From positions 57,502 through 121,501 of the forward strand of contig CAMRSV010000002.1 of the NCBI GenBank assembly GCA_947053455.1: 64,000 nt of DNA. Reading direction: 5' to 3'. A model generated the notes under the pieces. It had not been told where the DNA came from. It worked only from the letters and a program-made list of their open reading frames with translations, and did no database searches. Positions 62,533-64,000 of this stretch are shown here, piece after piece; position 1 is the first letter of the stretch, and every line of letters starts with the position of its first letter. Position numbers and translations under genes: made by a program. Source of the DNA: an uncultured Alphaproteobacteria bacterium. Lineage in GTDB: Bacteria; Pseudomonadota; Alphaproteobacteria; Rs-D84.

Positions 62533-62766
62533 TTAAGACAACGCCGCCGTTTTTACAACGCCCGCATCAATCGAGATTTTTCTTATCCCGGTATTATCAG
62601 ACGCGTTGATGATTACAATATCACCGGCATTCATCAATGTTTTAACATTGTCAAAATACCCGTTGGCCGTTATTGCGTTCATCGTTTCCGATGACGCCGC
62701 ATAATGCCACAGTGTAAAACCGTTCGCATATGCGATGACCGACAAATTCTTGTTTTGAAACGCCAT
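62533..62766 (-). CDS. Small capsid-associated (decoration?) protein
   Basis: LSVIAYANGFTLWHY...GYF....L...GD.V; directly after the capsid gene; AAGGA RBS. Confidence 0.65.
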   Translation of the reverse strand: MAFQNKNLSVIAYANGFTLWHYAASSETMNAITANGYFDNVKTLMNAGDIVIINASDNTGIRKISIDAGVVKTAALS

Positions 62767-62788
62767 TTTTCTTTCCTTTGGTTAATTG

Positions 62789-63646
62789 TTATTTATTTTG
62801 GGCGGTTTGTGTATTATCGGCCACTACCTTAACATCGCTGCACTTCACACGAATAATTCCTTCGTTATCAATCAACACCGCGCCCTGTGACATGCTGTTG
62901 CTGATAAAGTGTGCGGCGCGTTCGCCATGCCATGAAATATCAGTTTTGACTTCCTGGCCACATGCATGACCAATACTGGATGCATGATATATAAAGCAAT
63001 CACGCTTGTTGCTGGTGACGGGCAAACCGTTATGCAGCACCCATGTGATACCCAGCCATTTACGGCTTTCAAAACCATTAACCAACGGTGAATCCGGTCC
63101 GACATAATCTGCGGAAATAAATTCATCCATTGACAACAGTTCATTCCACTGATGTACGCCAACAACTGCAAAACGGCGGCCATCATCCGGAACATCTGCG
63201 GCATTTAATTTTTCAACTGCACTTAAAATCAAATCCTTGGTAAGTTCGGTCGTATAATCACCAACAGCAGTGGTGGCAGTATTCATCGCATCGATAATAA
63301 GTTCATCGGTTTTGCGTCCCAAGGCATATGCACCGGCACTGGCTACAACACGACGTTCATCGACGTTTGTTTTCAATTCATCCAATGCATCAACCCAGTC
63401 ACCCGCATAGTAATCCTGCAAAATGCATTCAACCGGTTCATGGTTCAAATTCATTACAGGAACAATACCGTGACGAGACTTTGTGCTGGCGGTGCCGCGT
63501 CCAACTTTCTGGAAAGTCGTAGATGCACCAACAACACCGGATTTGCTGCGAATTGTGGAACGCAGTTTCGTGCCCATCTGCTGATACGCCAAATGGACAT
63601 CGGCTTCAAATTGTTTCACGAAGACTTGATCTATGGAAACAGACAT
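62789..63646 (-). CDS. Major capsid protein, podovirus type
   Basis: I.Q.FVKQF...V..AYQ..G.KLR, D.LDE....D.R, YALGRK.D..II, VPDDGRR; AAGGA RBS. Confidence 0.9.
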   Translation of the reverse strand: MSVSIDQVFVKQFEADVHLAYQQMGTKLRSTIRSKSGVVGASTTFQKVGRGTASTKSRHGIVPVMNLNHEPVECILQDYYAGDWVDALDELKTNVDERRVVASAGAYALGRKTDELIIDAMNTATTAVGDYTTELTKDLILSAVEKLNAADVPDDGRRFAVVGVHQWNELLSMDEFISADYVGPDSPLVNGFESRKWLGITWVLHNGLPVTSNKRDCFIYHASSIGHACGQEVKTDISWHGERAAHFISNSMSQGAVLIDNEGIIRVKCSDVKVVADNTQTAQNK

Positions 63647-63671
63647 AACAAATTCCTTTTGATTAAAAATT

Positions 63672-63693
63672 AAAAAAAGGCGCAAAATTGCGC
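63672..63693 (-). terminator. Terminator-like hairpin in the capsid gene leader
   Basis: GCGCAA-tt-TTGCGC-C-TTTTTTT on the minus strand, about 25 nt before the capsid ATG. Confidence 0.55.
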
Positions 63694-63852
63694 TGATGAA
63701 ATTTTGTTTTCTGGTTGTGCAATCAATGCGCCATGAAACAAAACAGTACCGGGGTCCAAATCGGATTGCCCCAGAATTTATGTTCAGTCACACTGTGAAA
63801 TTCACGTACATGCAACTGAACATAAAAAAAATCCCCATACAGGGATAAAAAT

Positions 63853-63873
63853 AAAACCCCCGCAATGCGGGGG
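63853..63873 (-). terminator. Terminator of the histone-like gene
   Basis: CCCCGCA-t-TGCGGGG followed by TTTT on the minus strand. Confidence 0.7.
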
Positions 63874-63878
63874 AAATA

Positions 63879-64000
63879 TTATTTTTTCTTTGCTGCCGGT
63901 TTTTTAGCGGCAACTTTTTTTGCAGCTGGTTTCGCGGCAACTTTTTTCGCCACCGGTTTTTTAGCGGCAACTTTTTTTGCAACCGGTTTCGCGGCAACTT
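63879..64000 (-). CDS. Histone H1-like (Hc2/AlgP-type) repetitive basic protein, C-terminal end (partial)
   Basis: Hand translation ..VAAKPVAKKVAAKKPVAKKVAAKPAAKKVAAKKPAAKKK*; tandem DNA repeats. Confidence 0.75.
   Translation of the reverse strand, partial: VAAKPVAKKVAAKKPVAKKVAAKPAAKKVAAKKPAAKKK

Larger units (their letters stand above)
52511..63646 (-). mobile_element. Podovirus-like virion gene module (domesticated prophage / candidate GTA) with nested host-type dnaB operon
   Basis: Capsid, tail tube A/B, tail-fibre anchor, split terminase and portal all on the minus strand; no integrase, polymerase or scaffold recognised; host genes on both flanks. Confidence 0.8.

Noticed and set aside
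52511-63646. Intact inducible prophage
   Set aside because: No integrase, replication module, scaffold or lysin recognised; no att pair flanking it within the window; host genes on both sides
63788-63997. 69-aa ORF MPRNRLQKK...
   Set aside because: Alternative frame of the AAKK-repeat histone-like gene

Overview
Chromosomal segment of a small-genome Alphaproteobacterium. Sequence style and Cys-rich secreted proteins suggest the host-associated Rs-D84/'Ca. Enterousia' type; this is inference only. Most of the window is housekeeping: groEL end, rne, secG-rnc-lepB, comM, ackA, fabI, rfbAB, murA, ligA, PBP1A, grpE, tpiA, recG, bamA-rseP-cdsA-uppS-frr and four tRNAs. A small AT-rich island follows tRNA-Asn. 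Three things stand out. (1) A minimal podovirus-type (T7/BPP-1-like) virion module lies at 52.5-63.6 kb with no integrase or phage replication genes. Its terminase large subunit is split into intact ATPase and nuclease genes. A host-type dnaB-repressor-hypothetical operon is nested between them on the opposite strand, sharing a CATG (overlapping starts) at one end and a CTAG (overlapping stops) at the other. A detached Mtd-like tail-tip gene sits about 40 kb away. Together these are a candidate domesticated gene-transfer-agent-like system. (2) A family of c4/CI-like antisense-attenuator leader RNAs occurs as three tandem copies, one copy upstream of a Cys-rich protein and one degenerate copy within the phage module. 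(3) An orphan cluster of a lipoprotein and two VirB8-like genes runs into yraN. All calls come from motif recognition by eye; no database searches were run.
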